A DNA stretch of 24,000 nt from Halomonas fontilapidosi. Lineage in GTDB: Bacteria > Pseudomonadota > Gammaproteobacteria > Pseudomonadales > Halomonadaceae. The stretch spans positions 106,098 to 130,097 of the forward strand of contig NZ_JACHXQ010000010.1 of NCBI RefSeq assembly GCF_014192285.1. The letters are read 5' to 3'. The notes under the pieces are model-generated. The model was given only the letters and a program-made list of their open reading frames with translations. It ran no database searches and was not told the DNA's origin. Below, one piece after another: positions 1 to 10,368 of the stretch; positions within the stretch are counted from its first letter, which is position 1, and every line of letters begins with the position of its first letter. Made by a program: the position numbers and the translations under genes.

Positions 1-294
1 CCAGCACAGCGGGATGCCGCCACGGATGGCCCCCGGCAGGGCCTGAGGGGTGGGGGTGACCCACAGCCAGCCGTCGGACAGCATGTCGTTGGCTGCCGGG
101 TCTCCGGCCGGGGCAGCGCCCGCGGCTGACGCGGCTTCGGGCGCCGGAAGATAGTGCAGGACTTGCGCCCCCTGCAGCGATACCGCCAGCTGCCCCCAGG
201 CCTCATTGGCCAGCCATACCTCGCGGCCGGCCCACTCGGCACGGCGCTGGCCACGAGTCTCCTCGACCAGCCGGGCAAGCGATTCGGGAATCAT
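1..294 (-). CDS. D-hexose-6-phosphate mutarotase (YeaD-like), N-terminal part, truncated by the window edge
   Basis: Reverse-complement translation from the ATG at 294 is open to base 1 (98 codons): MIPESLARLVEETRGQRRAEWAGREVWLANEAWGQLAVSLQGAQVLHYLPAP...GWLWVTPTPQALPGAIRGGIPLCW. 'GAQVLHY...IRGGIPLCW' is typical of this family. The ORF is absent from the supplied track because it is open-ended. Confidence 0.8.
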   Translation of the reverse strand, partial: MIPESLARLVEETRGQRRAEWAGREVWLANEAWGQLAVSLQGAQVLHYLPAPEAASAAGAAPAGDPAANDMLSDGWLWVTPTPQALPGAIRGGIPLCW

Positions 295-334
295 TCGATC
301 TCCTCTGTCGATGTACTCGACCTCTTGCGTCGAT

Positions 335-1303
335 TTACTCGACCTCTTCATTGTGCAGGGCCTCGGCGGCGCCCAGCAGGCCCGTCCAGGGCGCGGTGAC
401 TACCTGCACCGGGATGGCCCCGGTGTAGGCGCTCATGCGGCCCTTGGCGGTGAAGGCCTCGAGAAAGCGGCTCTCGGGGAGCCACTCGAGCAGCCTCGGG
501 AGGATGCCGCCGCACAGTGCGACACCGCCGCGGGCCCCCAGGGTCAGCGCGGCATCCCCGCAGACGTCGCCGAGGATCTTCAGGAACCGCAGCAGGGTAT
601 CACGCGCCACGGGGTCGCCGCCCGCCGCCGCCTGGGTGACCTCGGCAGGGCTGGCATGGCGTGGCGGAGCGCCCTTCAGCGAGCAGTGGGCCAGGTAGAG
701 GTCGAGCAGCCCCTGGCCACAGAGGATGCGCTCCACCGAGACACGGCCGTAGCGGTTGCGGAAGTGCCGCAGCAGGTTCTGCTCGCGCTCGTCGGTGGGT
801 GCGAAGGTCACGTGGCCGCCTTCGGTGGCCAGCGGGATCCAGGCGTGTCGGCCGGGAAACAGCCCGGCCACGCCCAGCCCGGTGCCCGGGCCGATCACCA
901 GCCGGGCGGCGTGGGGGACCGCCTCGCCGCGCTGCACGTGCACCAGGTCGTCGTCGGCCACGTGGGGCACACCCAGCGCCTGGGCGGTGAAGTCGTTGAT
1001 GACCTTGAAGAGGTCGAGCCCCAGTGTCTGCTGGACCGCCTCTCGGGAGAAGGTCCAGTGGTTGTTGGTCATGGTCACCCGGTCACCGCGGATCGGGCAG
1101 GCGAAGGCCAGGCAGGCCTCGCGGGGCGCGTGCTCGTCCACCGCCCCGACCCGGGCCAGGTAGTCGCGCACCGCCTCGACCAGGCCCGGGTAGTCGGCAC
1201 AGGGCAGGCTCTGGATGTTGCGGGGCGCAAAGGTATCCGGCGTCACCAGGGCGAAGCGGGCGTTGGTGCCCCCGATGTCACCGATCAGGGCAGGGCGCGT
1301 CAT
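335..1303 (-). CDS. glk: Glucokinase
   Basis: 322 aa, [20 protein letters not shown]... with [13 protein letters not shown] phosphate-binding, [14 protein letters not shown] and EGGHVTFAP motifs; adjacent to edd. Confidence 0.95.
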   Translation of the reverse strand: MTRPALIGDIGGTNARFALVTPDTFAPRNIQSLPCADYPGLVEAVRDYLARVGAVDEHAPREACLAFACPIRGDRVTMTNNHWTFSREAVQQTLGLDLFKVINDFTAQALGVPHVADDDLVHVQRGEAVPHAARLVIGPGTGLGVAGLFPGRHAWIPLATEGGHVTFAPTDEREQNLLRHFRNRYGRVSVERILCGQGLLDLYLAHCSLKGAPPRHASPAEVTQAAAGGDPVARDTLLRFLKILGDVCGDAALTLGARGGVALCGGILPRLLEWLPESRFLEAFTAKGRMSAYTGAIPVQVVTAPWTGLLGAAEALHNEEVE

Positions 1304-3190
<1,887 letters not shown>

Positions 3191-3282
3191 GGCTCACCTC
3201 GAAATCGAGTGTCGGTTGTCTTGTAAACTTACCAATAAAATGTCCGGTTATCCGGCCATGCTACCCGTTATTCGGCAATTTT

Positions 3283-3297
3283 TGTAGTTTTATTACC
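3283..3297. promoter_or_regulatory. Candidate HexR operator upstream of edd
   Basis: TGTAGTTTTATTACC resembles the HexR consensus (about TGTARTTWWATTACA, from memory) and lies about 90-100 bp upstream of the edd start. Confidence 0.5.
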
Positions 3298-3322
3298 GCC
3301 AATATGTTGCCGAAAGACCGGC

Positions 3323-4717
3323 TCAGAGACCCAGCAGGCGCAGCCACCAGCGACGCCAGGGCGGGTCGAGCAGCCCCGCGGCGTTATGACGTGCCTGCAG
3401 GAAGACGCTGCGCTGGTGAGTGAAGCGCAGGAAACCGGCCTCGCCGTGATAGGCCCCCATGCCGCTCTCGCCGATGCCGCCGAAGGGCAGGGCAGGCACC
3501 GTGTAGTGCCAGAGGGTGTCATTGAAGACCACACCCCCGGAGCGGGTCTGCTCCAGCAGTCGCCAGCGGCGGCCCGGGTCATCGGTAAAGGCGTAGAGCG
3601 CCAGCGGGCTCGGGCCGTCGGCGACCTTGGCCAGGGCAGCATCGAAGTCGCGCACGCCGATCACCGGCAGCCAGGGGCCGAAGACCTCCTCCTGCATGAT
3701 CGCCAGGTTGGCGGTGGGGTCGATCACCAGCGTAGGCGGCAGCTTGGCACCGTGGCCGAGTTCCAGGCGCTCGCCGAGCTCGATCACCCGGCAGCCATGG
3801 TCGCGCGCCTCGTCGAGCAGTCGCTCGAGGCGGCTGCGGGTGGCGTCGCCGGGCACCGCCGAGTAGTCATCGCTGGCCGTGCCGTGGGGATAGAAGTCCT
3901 TTACCACCCCGCGGATCGCCTCGATGAAGGCCGGCAGGCGTGCCGCATCGATCAGCACGTGGTCCGGCGCGATGCAGGTCCGGCCGGCATTGAGCCACTT
4001 GCCGAAGGCGATGCGCCGGGCGGCATGCGTCAGGTCGGCATCATCGGCGACGATGGCCGGGGCCTTGCCGCCGAGCTCCAGGGTGACGGGCGTGAGGTTG
4101 GCGGCCGCGGCCTGGGCCACCTTGCGGCCCACCCGGGGGCTGCCGGTGAACAGCAGGTGGTCGAAGGACAGGGCGGCGAAGGCTCTGCCGATGTCGGCAT
4201 CCCCGGTGACCACCTGCAGTTCCTCGGGCGCGAAATAGCGTTCGACCAGTTCAGCCAGCAGGGCGCTGGTGGTGGGGGTCTGTTCGCTGGGTTTGATCAT
4301 CACCCGGTTGCCGGCGGCCAGCGCATCCAGCGCCGGCATCAACGCCAGGCTCCAGGGGTAGTTGGCCGGGGCGATGATGCCCACGACCCCCAGCGGCTGG
4401 CGGTAGAGGCGCGCGCGGCCCGGCTTCAGCCGCCAGGGCACGGCGGCACGGCGGGGCGTCATCCAGCGCTTGAGGTGGCGGCGGGTGTGGCGGATGGCCA
4501 GCAGCAGCGGCACGACCTCCGCCAGACGTGTCTCGGCCTCGGCGCGGTGGCCGACGTCCTGGTGGATCGCCTGGGCGATCTCCTCGCGGTGATGGCGAGT
4601 CATGCGCGCCAGGCGGGCAAGGCGGTCGCGACGGATCGCCGCCGAGGGGAGAGGCTCGGCAGCGAAGGCCTGGCGCTGCCGGTCAAGGCGCGCCTGCAGG
4701 GCGCGGGCATCGGTCAT
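3323..4717 (-). CDS. NAD(P)-dependent aldehyde dehydrogenase, coniferyl aldehyde dehydrogenase type
   Basis: MTDARALQARLDRQRQAFAAEP...; LYRQPLGVVGIIAPANYPWSL, TSALLAELVERYF, VTLELGGKAPAIV, GRTCIAPDHVLI, MQEEVFGPWLPVI. The ORF track extends the start to 4768; the Met at 4717 begins the family-like N-terminus. Confidence 0.9.
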   Translation of the reverse strand: MTDARALQARLDRQRQAFAAEPLPSAAIRRDRLARLARMTRHHREEIAQAIHQDVGHRAEAETRLAEVVPLLLAIRHTRRHLKRWMTPRRAAVPWRLKPGRARLYRQPLGVVGIIAPANYPWSLALMPALDALAAGNRVMIKPSEQTPTTSALLAELVERYFAPEELQVVTGDADIGRAFAALSFDHLLFTGSPRVGRKVAQAAAANLTPVTLELGGKAPAIVADDADLTHAARRIAFGKWLNAGRTCIAPDHVLIDAARLPAFIEAIRGVVKDFYPHGTASDDYSAVPGDATRSRLERLLDEARDHGCRVIELGERLELGHGAKLPPTLVIDPTANLAIMQEEVFGPWLPVIGVRDFDAALAKVADGPSPLALYAFTDDPGRRWRLLEQTRSGGVVFNDTLWHYTVPALPFGGIGESGMGAYHGEAGFLRFTHQRSVFLQARHNAAGLLDPPWRRWWLRLLGL

Positions 4718-4899
4718 GCACGTCTCCGTGTGTCGATGAGGATGGAAGGGGACTCGGGCACTGGGCACAATGTAGGCCTTCTGCCAACGGCTTGTCAGCT
4801 ATCGGAGCCGTCGCATAGGTGGCAGGGTTCGGGGCTGAGCCGTCGGCAGGCTGCCCCGGCGCCTCTCGCCTTGAATACCGGCATTTCCCAGGAGTCGCC

Positions 4900-6033
4900 A
4901 TGACCTCGCTCGTGCTGCACGAACTGCCCGCCATCGAGGCGGTACCCGCCGCGGCCTGGAATGCCCTGGTCGGCGACGATCATCCCTTTCTGCGCCATGA
5001 GTTCCTGCATGCCCTGGAAGCCAGCGGCGCGGTGAGTCCCGCTACCGGCTGGGTACCGCGCCACCTGACCCTGTGGCAGGACGCGGCGCTGGTCGGCATC
5101 CTGCCGCATTACCACAAGCACCACTCTTTCGGCGAATACGTCTTCGACTGGGGCTGGGCCGATGCCTGGGAGCGCGCGGGAGGTCGCTACTATCCCAAAG
5201 GGCTCTCGGCGATCCCCTTCACCCCGGCACCCGGGCCGCGGCTGGCCCTGGCCCCACATATCGATCCGCTGGCGGCGCGCCGAGTGCTGGCCGAGGCCTG
5301 GGAGGCCAGTGCGCTGTCGAGCTGGCACCTGCTGTTCGCCGAACCGGCCGAGGTCGATGCCTGGCAGGCGGCCTGTCCGTTGCTGCTGGCCCGCCACGGC
5401 GTGCAGTTTCAGTGGCACGACGCCGGCTTTGGCGACTTCGAGGGTTTTCTGGCCGCCCTGACCGCGAAGCGGCGCAAGGCAATTCGCCGCGAGCGGCGCC
5501 TGGTGGCCGAGCAGAGGCTGACCCTGCATCGCCTGGAGGGCGAGGCCATCGACGCCGCGGCGATGGCGCACTTCTTCCGCTGCTACGAGATCACCTACCT
5601 CGAGCGCGGCCGCCATGGCTACCTTGGCCTCGACTTCTTCGAGCGCCTGCGCCGAACCCTGCCCGAGTCACTGCTGCTGATCCAGGCCCGTCGCGACGGC
5701 GTTCCGGTGGCCGCCGCGCTCTGTCTGCAGGGGGCACGCACCCTCTATGGGCGTTACTGGGGCAGCGAGGTACTGGCCGACTGCCTGCACTTCGAGGCCT
5801 GCTACTACCAAGGCATCGAGCACTGCCTGGCGCGCGGCCTGACGCTCTTCGATCCCGGGACCCAGGGCGAACACAAGCTCGCGCGGGGGTTCGCGCCACG
5901 CCGGCTCACCTCGCTGCACCATATCGCCGACCCGCGGCTTCGCGATGCCGTGGCGCGCTTCTGTGCCGAGGAGCGTACCCACGTCGAAGCCTACTGTCGG
6001 GCAGCCGAGGCGGCGCTGCCCTACCGGAGTTGA
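4900..6033 (+). CDS. DUF482 / GNAT-like N-acyltransferase family protein
   Basis: From ATG 4900: MTSLVLHELPAIEAVPAAAWNALVGDDHPFLRHEFLHALEASGAVSPATGWVPRHLTLW...HHSFGEYVFDWGWADAWERAG...YYQGIEHCLARGLTLFDPGTQGEHKLARGFAPRRLTSLHH, characteristic of the family. Confidence 0.85.
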   Translation: MTSLVLHELPAIEAVPAAAWNALVGDDHPFLRHEFLHALEASGAVSPATGWVPRHLTLWQDAALVGILPHYHKHHSFGEYVFDWGWADAWERAGGRYYPKGLSAIPFTPAPGPRLALAPHIDPLAARRVLAEAWEASALSSWHLLFAEPAEVDAWQAACPLLLARHGVQFQWHDAGFGDFEGFLAALTAKRRKAIRRERRLVAEQRLTLHRLEGEAIDAAAMAHFFRCYEITYLERGRHGYLGLDFFERLRRTLPESLLLIQARRDGVPVAAALCLQGARTLYGRYWGSEVLADCLHFEACYYQGIEHCLARGLTLFDPGTQGEHKLARGFAPRRLTSLHHIADPRLRDAVARFCAEERTHVEAYCRAAEAALPYRS

Positions 6034-6260
6034 CCGAGTGACGACTGCTACACTCTCCCTGAGGAATGTAATCAGTATGTATCTCATACTTCAGCACCAA
6101 ATCGGTGACTTCGTTCGCTCGATACATTCAAGTCAACGATCAGCGAGTGGCAGTGATCGTCCTGAAAGGTCTCGTTCCCGGCTCCAGGTTACCGTTGTCG
6201 GGGAACTGGTCGTCTGCAGGTTGAATTTATCTCGCTGCCGCAGGGATGAGGTGAGTCGCC

Positions 6261-7640
6261 ATGGAAATGAAGCAACGTTGCTGGCTGGTGGCGGAGGATC
6301 CGGCAGCAGCAGAGCAGTTGGAAGCCAAGATCGACTCGATCGGCTGGAAAGTAAGGCGACTATCTCCGCCTCTTTTCAGCTCTCGCCTGGAGGAGGACAG
6401 AGAGTGCGGGGTCGGACTGGTTCTGCTCGATGGCATGGCGGATGCCCGGCTAGCTCAGCTGGAGGCAATGCTGCTCGAGAGCCACTGCCCCTGGATGGTG
6501 GTCGCGGCAGACGATGCGGTCGAGGACGCCAGCAGGCGACAACTGGTCGCCACGCTGTGTCATGCCGTGGTGGCACCGACCATCGACCTCGCCGAACTTG
6601 ACTGCTTGATGCGACATGCGTTGCCCCTATCACTGCTTCGGAGTGGAGACAGCAGGCCCTGTCACAGGGAGGCTGCCCTATCAGCTGACATGGCAGAATA
6701 TGAAATGGTGGGGACCAGCCCCGTGATGCGGTCCCTTTTCCAGGTCATCCGCAAGGTGGCAGCGGTGGAGGCACCGATCCTGATAGGCGGTGAATCCGGG
6801 ACAGGCAAGGAACTGACCGCCCAGGCGATTCATGAGCGTTCACCGCGGGCGTCATCGTCGTTTCATGCCATCAATTGCGGGGCCTTGCCGGACCACCTGA
6901 TCCAATCTGAGCTCTTCGGGCACGAGAAGGGGGCCTTCACCGGAGCGGTCCATCGCAAGATCGGCCGGATCGAGGCAGCCGACGGTGGCACCCTCTTCCT
7001 TGACGAGATCGGTGATCTGCCGCTGGAACTTCAGGTCAACCTGCTGCGCTTTCTCGAGACACAGAGCATCCAGCGCGTGGGCGGCCTGGAAGAGATCAGA
7101 GTCGATGTGCGCATCATCGCCGCCACCCATGTGGACCTCGAGGCTGCCATCGAGGAGGGGCGATTCCGCGAGGACCTCTACCATCGGTTGAATGTGCTGC
7201 ATGTCAGGGTGCCGGCACTCCGTGAACACCCTGACGATATCGAGGTGATGGCGCGTTACTTCTTCGACCGCTTTTCAGGAGAGAAGAGCGCCCGACTCAA
7301 GGGGTTTTCCCGCGAGGCGCTGGTGGTCATGCGCCAGTATGCCTGGCCCGGGAATATCCGTGAGCTGATCAACCGCATCCGGCGTGCCATGGTCATGTGC
7401 GAGAAACGCCTTATCCAGCCCAGGGATCTGGGCATCGAGCGTCGCAAGATCGTGCGCCATTCGATGACGCTCGATCAGGCCAGGGAGAGGGCAGAGCGAG
7501 AGGCATTGGTTGCCGCGCTGGAACGCAACGAGAGTAGGGTCCGTCCGGCGGCCCGGGAGTTGGGAGTCTCGCATGTCACCATCTATCGGCTGATGGAGAA
7601 GCACGATATTTCCCATCCGGGAGTAGAAGCCGAGGGCTGA
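6261..7640 (+). CDS. Sigma-54-dependent transcriptional activator with degenerate N-terminal receiver-like domain (VpsR-like) and Fis-type HTH
   Basis: 459 aa: [21 protein letters not shown] (Walker A), [37 protein letters not shown] (GAFTGA and Walker B), [18 protein letters not shown]-terminal [23 protein letters not shown]. In the N-terminal region the usual receiver K-P is replaced by '[11 protein letters not shown]'. Confidence 0.9.
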   Translation: MEMKQRCWLVAEDPAAAEQLEAKIDSIGWKVRRLSPPLFSSRLEEDRECGVGLVLLDGMADARLAQLEAMLLESHCPWMVVAADDAVEDASRRQLVATLCHAVVAPTIDLAELDCLMRHALPLSLLRSGDSRPCHREAALSADMAEYEMVGTSPVMRSLFQVIRKVAAVEAPILIGGESGTGKELTAQAIHERSPRASSSFHAINCGALPDHLIQSELFGHEKGAFTGAVHRKIGRIEAADGGTLFLDEIGDLPLELQVNLLRFLETQSIQRVGGLEEIRVDVRIIAATHVDLEAAIEEGRFREDLYHRLNVLHVRVPALREHPDDIEVMARYFFDRFSGEKSARLKGFSREALVVMRQYAWPGNIRELINRIRRAMVMCEKRLIQPRDLGIERRKIVRHSMTLDQARERAEREALVAALERNESRVRPAARELGVSHVTIYRLMEKHDISHPGVEAEG

Positions 7641-7691
7641 TCGGCTGATCGTATTATCTTTCCACCCTCCTGTACTGAGGATCTGCATGTT

Positions 7692-7720
7692 GCCTGATGG
7701 GCCTTCCATCAGGCTTTTTT
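7692..7720 (+). terminator. Rho-independent terminator after the sigma-54 activator gene
   Basis: GCCTGATGG-GCCTT-CCATCAGGC followed by TTTTTT: perfect 9-bp stem, 5-nt loop, T-run. Confidence 0.9.
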
Positions 7721-7934
7721 ATGGCTGGTGCCAGGATCCAGTTCTGTGGGAAGAAGGAGGCGGTTCATGCATGAAACGGCCTTCTCGAATTAAGCTAATT
7801 GTCTGATTTTGCAACATTCCTGACCTGAGATCCGTCTCCTGAGCGGGGAGGGAGGGAGGAGGGTTACACCTGCTTAACGGGGCCTGCCGAGGAGCTCTTC
7901 GCATTTAATCCAATAAAAACAGTGACTTAAATTT

Positions 7935-7950
7935 TGGCATGGCGTTTGCT
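7935..7950 (+). promoter_or_regulatory. Sigma-54 (-24/-12) promoter of the Fap-like operon
   Basis: TGGCAT-GGCGT-TTGCT: matches TGGCAC-N5-TTGCW apart from one base, with the required 10-nt spacing between the invariant GG and GC. It lies 47 bp before the ATG at 7997. Confidence 0.8.
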
Positions 7951-7996
7951 CCCATCAGGGTAAGAACCGCATACGAGATGTTGAGCAGGTGTCGGC

Positions 7997-8431
7997 ATGA
8001 AGGTTAAGACTCAGATACAGCGACCCATGAGCAATCAGTGGATCACGGCAGCGATGCGCGAGTCTGCCAGCTACGGCCTTTGGCTAGCCGTGATGGTCGG
8101 TCTTCTCGGCGCCATGGTGGCCGTAGATACACGGCAGGATGCCCAGGCAGCAGAGGCGACGCTTGTCGAGGCCTCTTCCCCCGCGCTGAAGCCTGTAGAG
8201 GCATCCGATGCTGTGCGAATGGAGCCTCTCGATGACCCTTCGCTCCAGGCCGTTCGTGGTCGCCATGTCGATGCCGGGCACCTTGAAGGCAAGAGGAGCA
8301 ATTCGGTCATCCTCTGGGACGAGCGCGGGAAGGATACCCCGGCGGCTGGCAGCAAGAGTACCGTCAAGTCTCGCGCCACGGGAATCGGCAACCATCAGGA
8401 AGCCACCGTTACCACCCGCGGGGGGAGATAG
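7997..8431 (+). CDS. Small exported protein, first gene of the Fap-like operon (fapA position)
   Basis: 144 aa with an N-terminal hydrophobic segment (YGLWLAVMVGLLGAMVAV...AQAAEA) and an 'EPLDDPSLQAVRGRHVDAGHL' module. It is 2 nt upstream of the next ORF. Confidence 0.7.
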   Translation: MKVKTQIQRPMSNQWITAAMRESASYGLWLAVMVGLLGAMVAVDTRQDAQAAEATLVEASSPALKPVEASDAVRMEPLDDPSLQAVRGRHVDAGHLEGKRSNSVILWDERGKDTPAAGSKSTVKSRATGIGNHQEATVTTRGGR

Positions 8432-8433
8432 TC

Positions 8434-9156
8434 ATGGGCCTCATGAAACTGCTGGACAAAGACGTGAGAAAGGGCTCAGCACCGATGGCGATGCGGTACG
8501 GCAAGAAGGCCGGCAAGTTGGGCAGCCACACTCGAACATCAGGCGTGAGGGTCGCCACCAAACTGATGGCAGTTGCCTCTCTGTTGGCTGCCGGCATGCC
8601 ACTGGCCATGGCACAGCAAGAGTTGACGACGCGCAACAACAGCGCCCTCGACAGCAGCGCCCTCAGCAGGGTCACGGGCATCAGCACCACCAACCTGGCC
8701 GCTGGCGAGGGCAACTTGCAAAGCAACAGTGGTGCCATCTCCATCGGTGATGTCGCCACCACGGCCAACGCCCTACAGCAACGGTCACGCATCGAAGACT
8801 CACTCGTCGACCGGCAGGACAGCGTCAGTATTGAGGGCCGCGCCTATCGACATTCCGAAGGGTGGATGTCGATCAATCAGGCAGCGGGCCTGGGGAATGT
8901 GCAGAGCAACGCCTTCGAGGTGGCTCTGGGCATATCGGCCAGCAACCTGAGTGACAGCAGTCTTCAGCAGGTAATGGCCGATCAGCAGGGGCTGAATGGG
9001 ACCGAAGGTGATGATTCGGGAAAGTCTTCACGGAGGATCGAGGTCGACGAGACCACCTTCGAGGGCACCCGAGGTGTCATCCAGGTTAACCAGTCAGCCG
9101 GCACGGGAAACGCTACTCGCAACAGCTTCCGCATGAACATGTCGCTGGGAGAGTAG
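8434..9156 (+). CDS. Exported repeat protein, candidate minor amyloid subunit/nucleator (fapB position)
   Basis: 240 aa with a signal-like segment (VATKLMAVASLLAAGMPLAMAQQ) and three motifs: SALDSSALSRVTGISTTNLAAGEGNLQSNSGAISI; GWMSINQAAGLGNVQSNAFEVAL; GVIQVNQSAGTGNATRNSFRMNM. Confidence 0.65.
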   Translation: MGLMKLLDKDVRKGSAPMAMRYGKKAGKLGSHTRTSGVRVATKLMAVASLLAAGMPLAMAQQELTTRNNSALDSSALSRVTGISTTNLAAGEGNLQSNSGAISIGDVATTANALQQRSRIEDSLVDRQDSVSIEGRAYRHSEGWMSINQAAGLGNVQSNAFEVALGISASNLSDSSLQQVMADQQGLNGTEGDDSGKSSRRIEVDETTFEGTRGVIQVNQSAGTGNATRNSFRMNMSLGE

Positions 9157-9208
9157 CGCAATCGCAACGCAGGAATCCGAACGATTCGGTTCATCCAGGA
9201 GGAAAGCC

Positions 9209-10261
9209 ATGAAGACGTTCCACAAGACTCCGCTTGCCATTGCCGTCGCCACACTCATGGTAGCGCCCTATGCGCTGGCTCAGGGAGACGGCAACAAGTT
9301 CGATACCAACAGCACCATCGATTCAGAACTCGATAACTCGATCGATGTCGATATCGACCATGCAACCAACAGCGACAGCGACTTCTATACCAGCGTGTTC
9401 ACGTTGAGCGTCGCGGATAACTATGCCGGTGCCACGGTCGACAGCAAGCAGCTGATCGATGGTAACTCTGTTACCAATGATGGCTCGGAGAACGACGCAA
9501 CGATGGGCGGTGACTCCTTGTCCGGCTCCTCGGGCAACATCGGTGCCAACGTGGCCGCCGGCGACAGCAACAGCCAGGCCAACGATGCGGCACTGGCCTC
9601 GTCGGACGCCGCGGAGGTATTCGGCCAGGCCGAAGCCTATTCCGCCCAGTCGGCCTCCGGCAATAGGGTCAGCAATATCGGCAGCTCCAATTCGGCCCAG
9701 CTGGGTGGCAACTCGCTGCAGGGCGCTTCCGGCAATATTGCGGCCAACGTTGCCGCCGGTGTCGGGAACGCCCAGCAGAACTCGCTGGCAGTGACGGAAA
9801 ACAGCGTCTCCGGCGATGCCAATGCCACCTCGGCTGGCGTCCAGTCAACCTATGGCAATGCCACCACCAACAGCCCAGTGAGCCGTGAGACGGGTGGCAC
9901 CGCCGAGGTTGATTATGACGTGACGCTGGATGCCAGTGGCCTGGTCATGCAGCAGCAGGAGCCCGTTGTGGTGCCGCGTCACGATGCTGATGCGCATTCT
10001 GAAGGCGAGACAACCGAAGGGCACAACGATCTTGCCGGCCTGGCCTTCCAAGGCGTCGAAGGGTCTAAGCTCGAGATGACCGTCAGCGGTGAGGTCCCCA
10101 CAACGGGGCCGACCTATACCGACCATCGCAACGACGCCTCCCTGGACGGCAGCGCCCTCAGTGGGGCCAGCGGTAACGTCGGTGCCAACGTGGCGGCAGG
10201 GACCAACAACCTGCAGCGCAACTCTCTCTCCATCGCCTCGTCAAGTGCCGGCGACAGCTGA
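9209..10261 (+). CDS. Fap-like amyloid fibre subunit candidate with three imperfect repeats (fapC position)
   Basis: 350 aa with signal peptide MKTFHKTPLAIAVATLMVAPYALAQ. Repeats contain GGDSLSGSSGNIGANVAAGDSNSQANDAAL / GGNSLQGASGNIAANVAAGVGNAQQNSLAV / DGSALSGASGNVGANVAAGTNNLQRNSLSI. Confidence 0.72.
   Translation: MKTFHKTPLAIAVATLMVAPYALAQGDGNKFDTNSTIDSELDNSIDVDIDHATNSDSDFYTSVFTLSVADNYAGATVDSKQLIDGNSVTNDGSENDATMGGDSLSGSSGNIGANVAAGDSNSQANDAALASSDAAEVFGQAEAYSAQSASGNRVSNIGSSNSAQLGGNSLQGASGNIAANVAAGVGNAQQNSLAVTENSVSGDANATSAGVQSTYGNATTNSPVSRETGGTAEVDYDVTLDASGLVMQQQEPVVVPRHDADAHSEGETTEGHNDLAGLAFQGVEGSKLEMTVSGEVPTTGPTYTDHRNDASLDGSALSGASGNVGANVAAGTNNLQRNSLSIASSSAGDS
9488..9601 (+). repeat. Coding repeat R1 (38 aa) of the candidate amyloid subunit
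   Basis: ENDATMGGDSLSGSSGNIGANVAAGDSNSQANDAALAS(S); aa 94-131. Confidence 0.75.
9689..9802 (+). repeat. Coding repeat R2 (38 aa)
   Basis: NSAQLGGNSLQGASGNIAANVAAGVGNAQQNSLAVTEN; aa 161-198. Confidence 0.75.
10130..10243 (+). repeat. Coding repeat R3 (38 aa), about 109 aa after R2
   Basis: NDASLDGSALSGASGNVGANVAAGTNNLQRNSLSIASS; aa 308-345, near the C-terminus. Confidence 0.75.
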
Positions 10262-10306
10262 TCCTGCTCGCCAGCGCTTGGCAGCACGGCGATGCTGCAA
10301 CCCAAT

Positions 10307-10330
10307 CCCGGCCTGCTTCGGCAGGCCGGG
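10307..10330 (+). promoter_or_regulatory. Very stable intercistronic hairpin (UUCG tetraloop) between the C-like and D-like genes
   Basis: CCCGGCCTGC-TTCG-GCAGGCCGGG: perfect 10-bp GC-rich stem with a C(UUCG)G loop, followed by TGTTCT rather than a U-tract. Confidence 0.75.
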
Positions 10331-10368
10331 TGTTCTACCCCAGACGAGAGTGAGTCGAGGAGTCGCTC

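Noticed and set aside
3221-3237. TTGTAAACTTACCAATA near the edd start as a second HexR site
   Set aside because: Only the first half resembles the operator; the second half does not form the required dyad.
3386-4903. 505-aa plus-strand ORF antisense to the aldehyde dehydrogenase
   Set aside because: Shadow ORF in high-GC DNA; the opposite strand carries well-conserved ALDH motifs.
9157-9208. Small dyad CCGAA-CGA-TTCGG between the B-like and C-like genes
   Set aside because: Only 5-bp arms; likely chance or minor mRNA structure.
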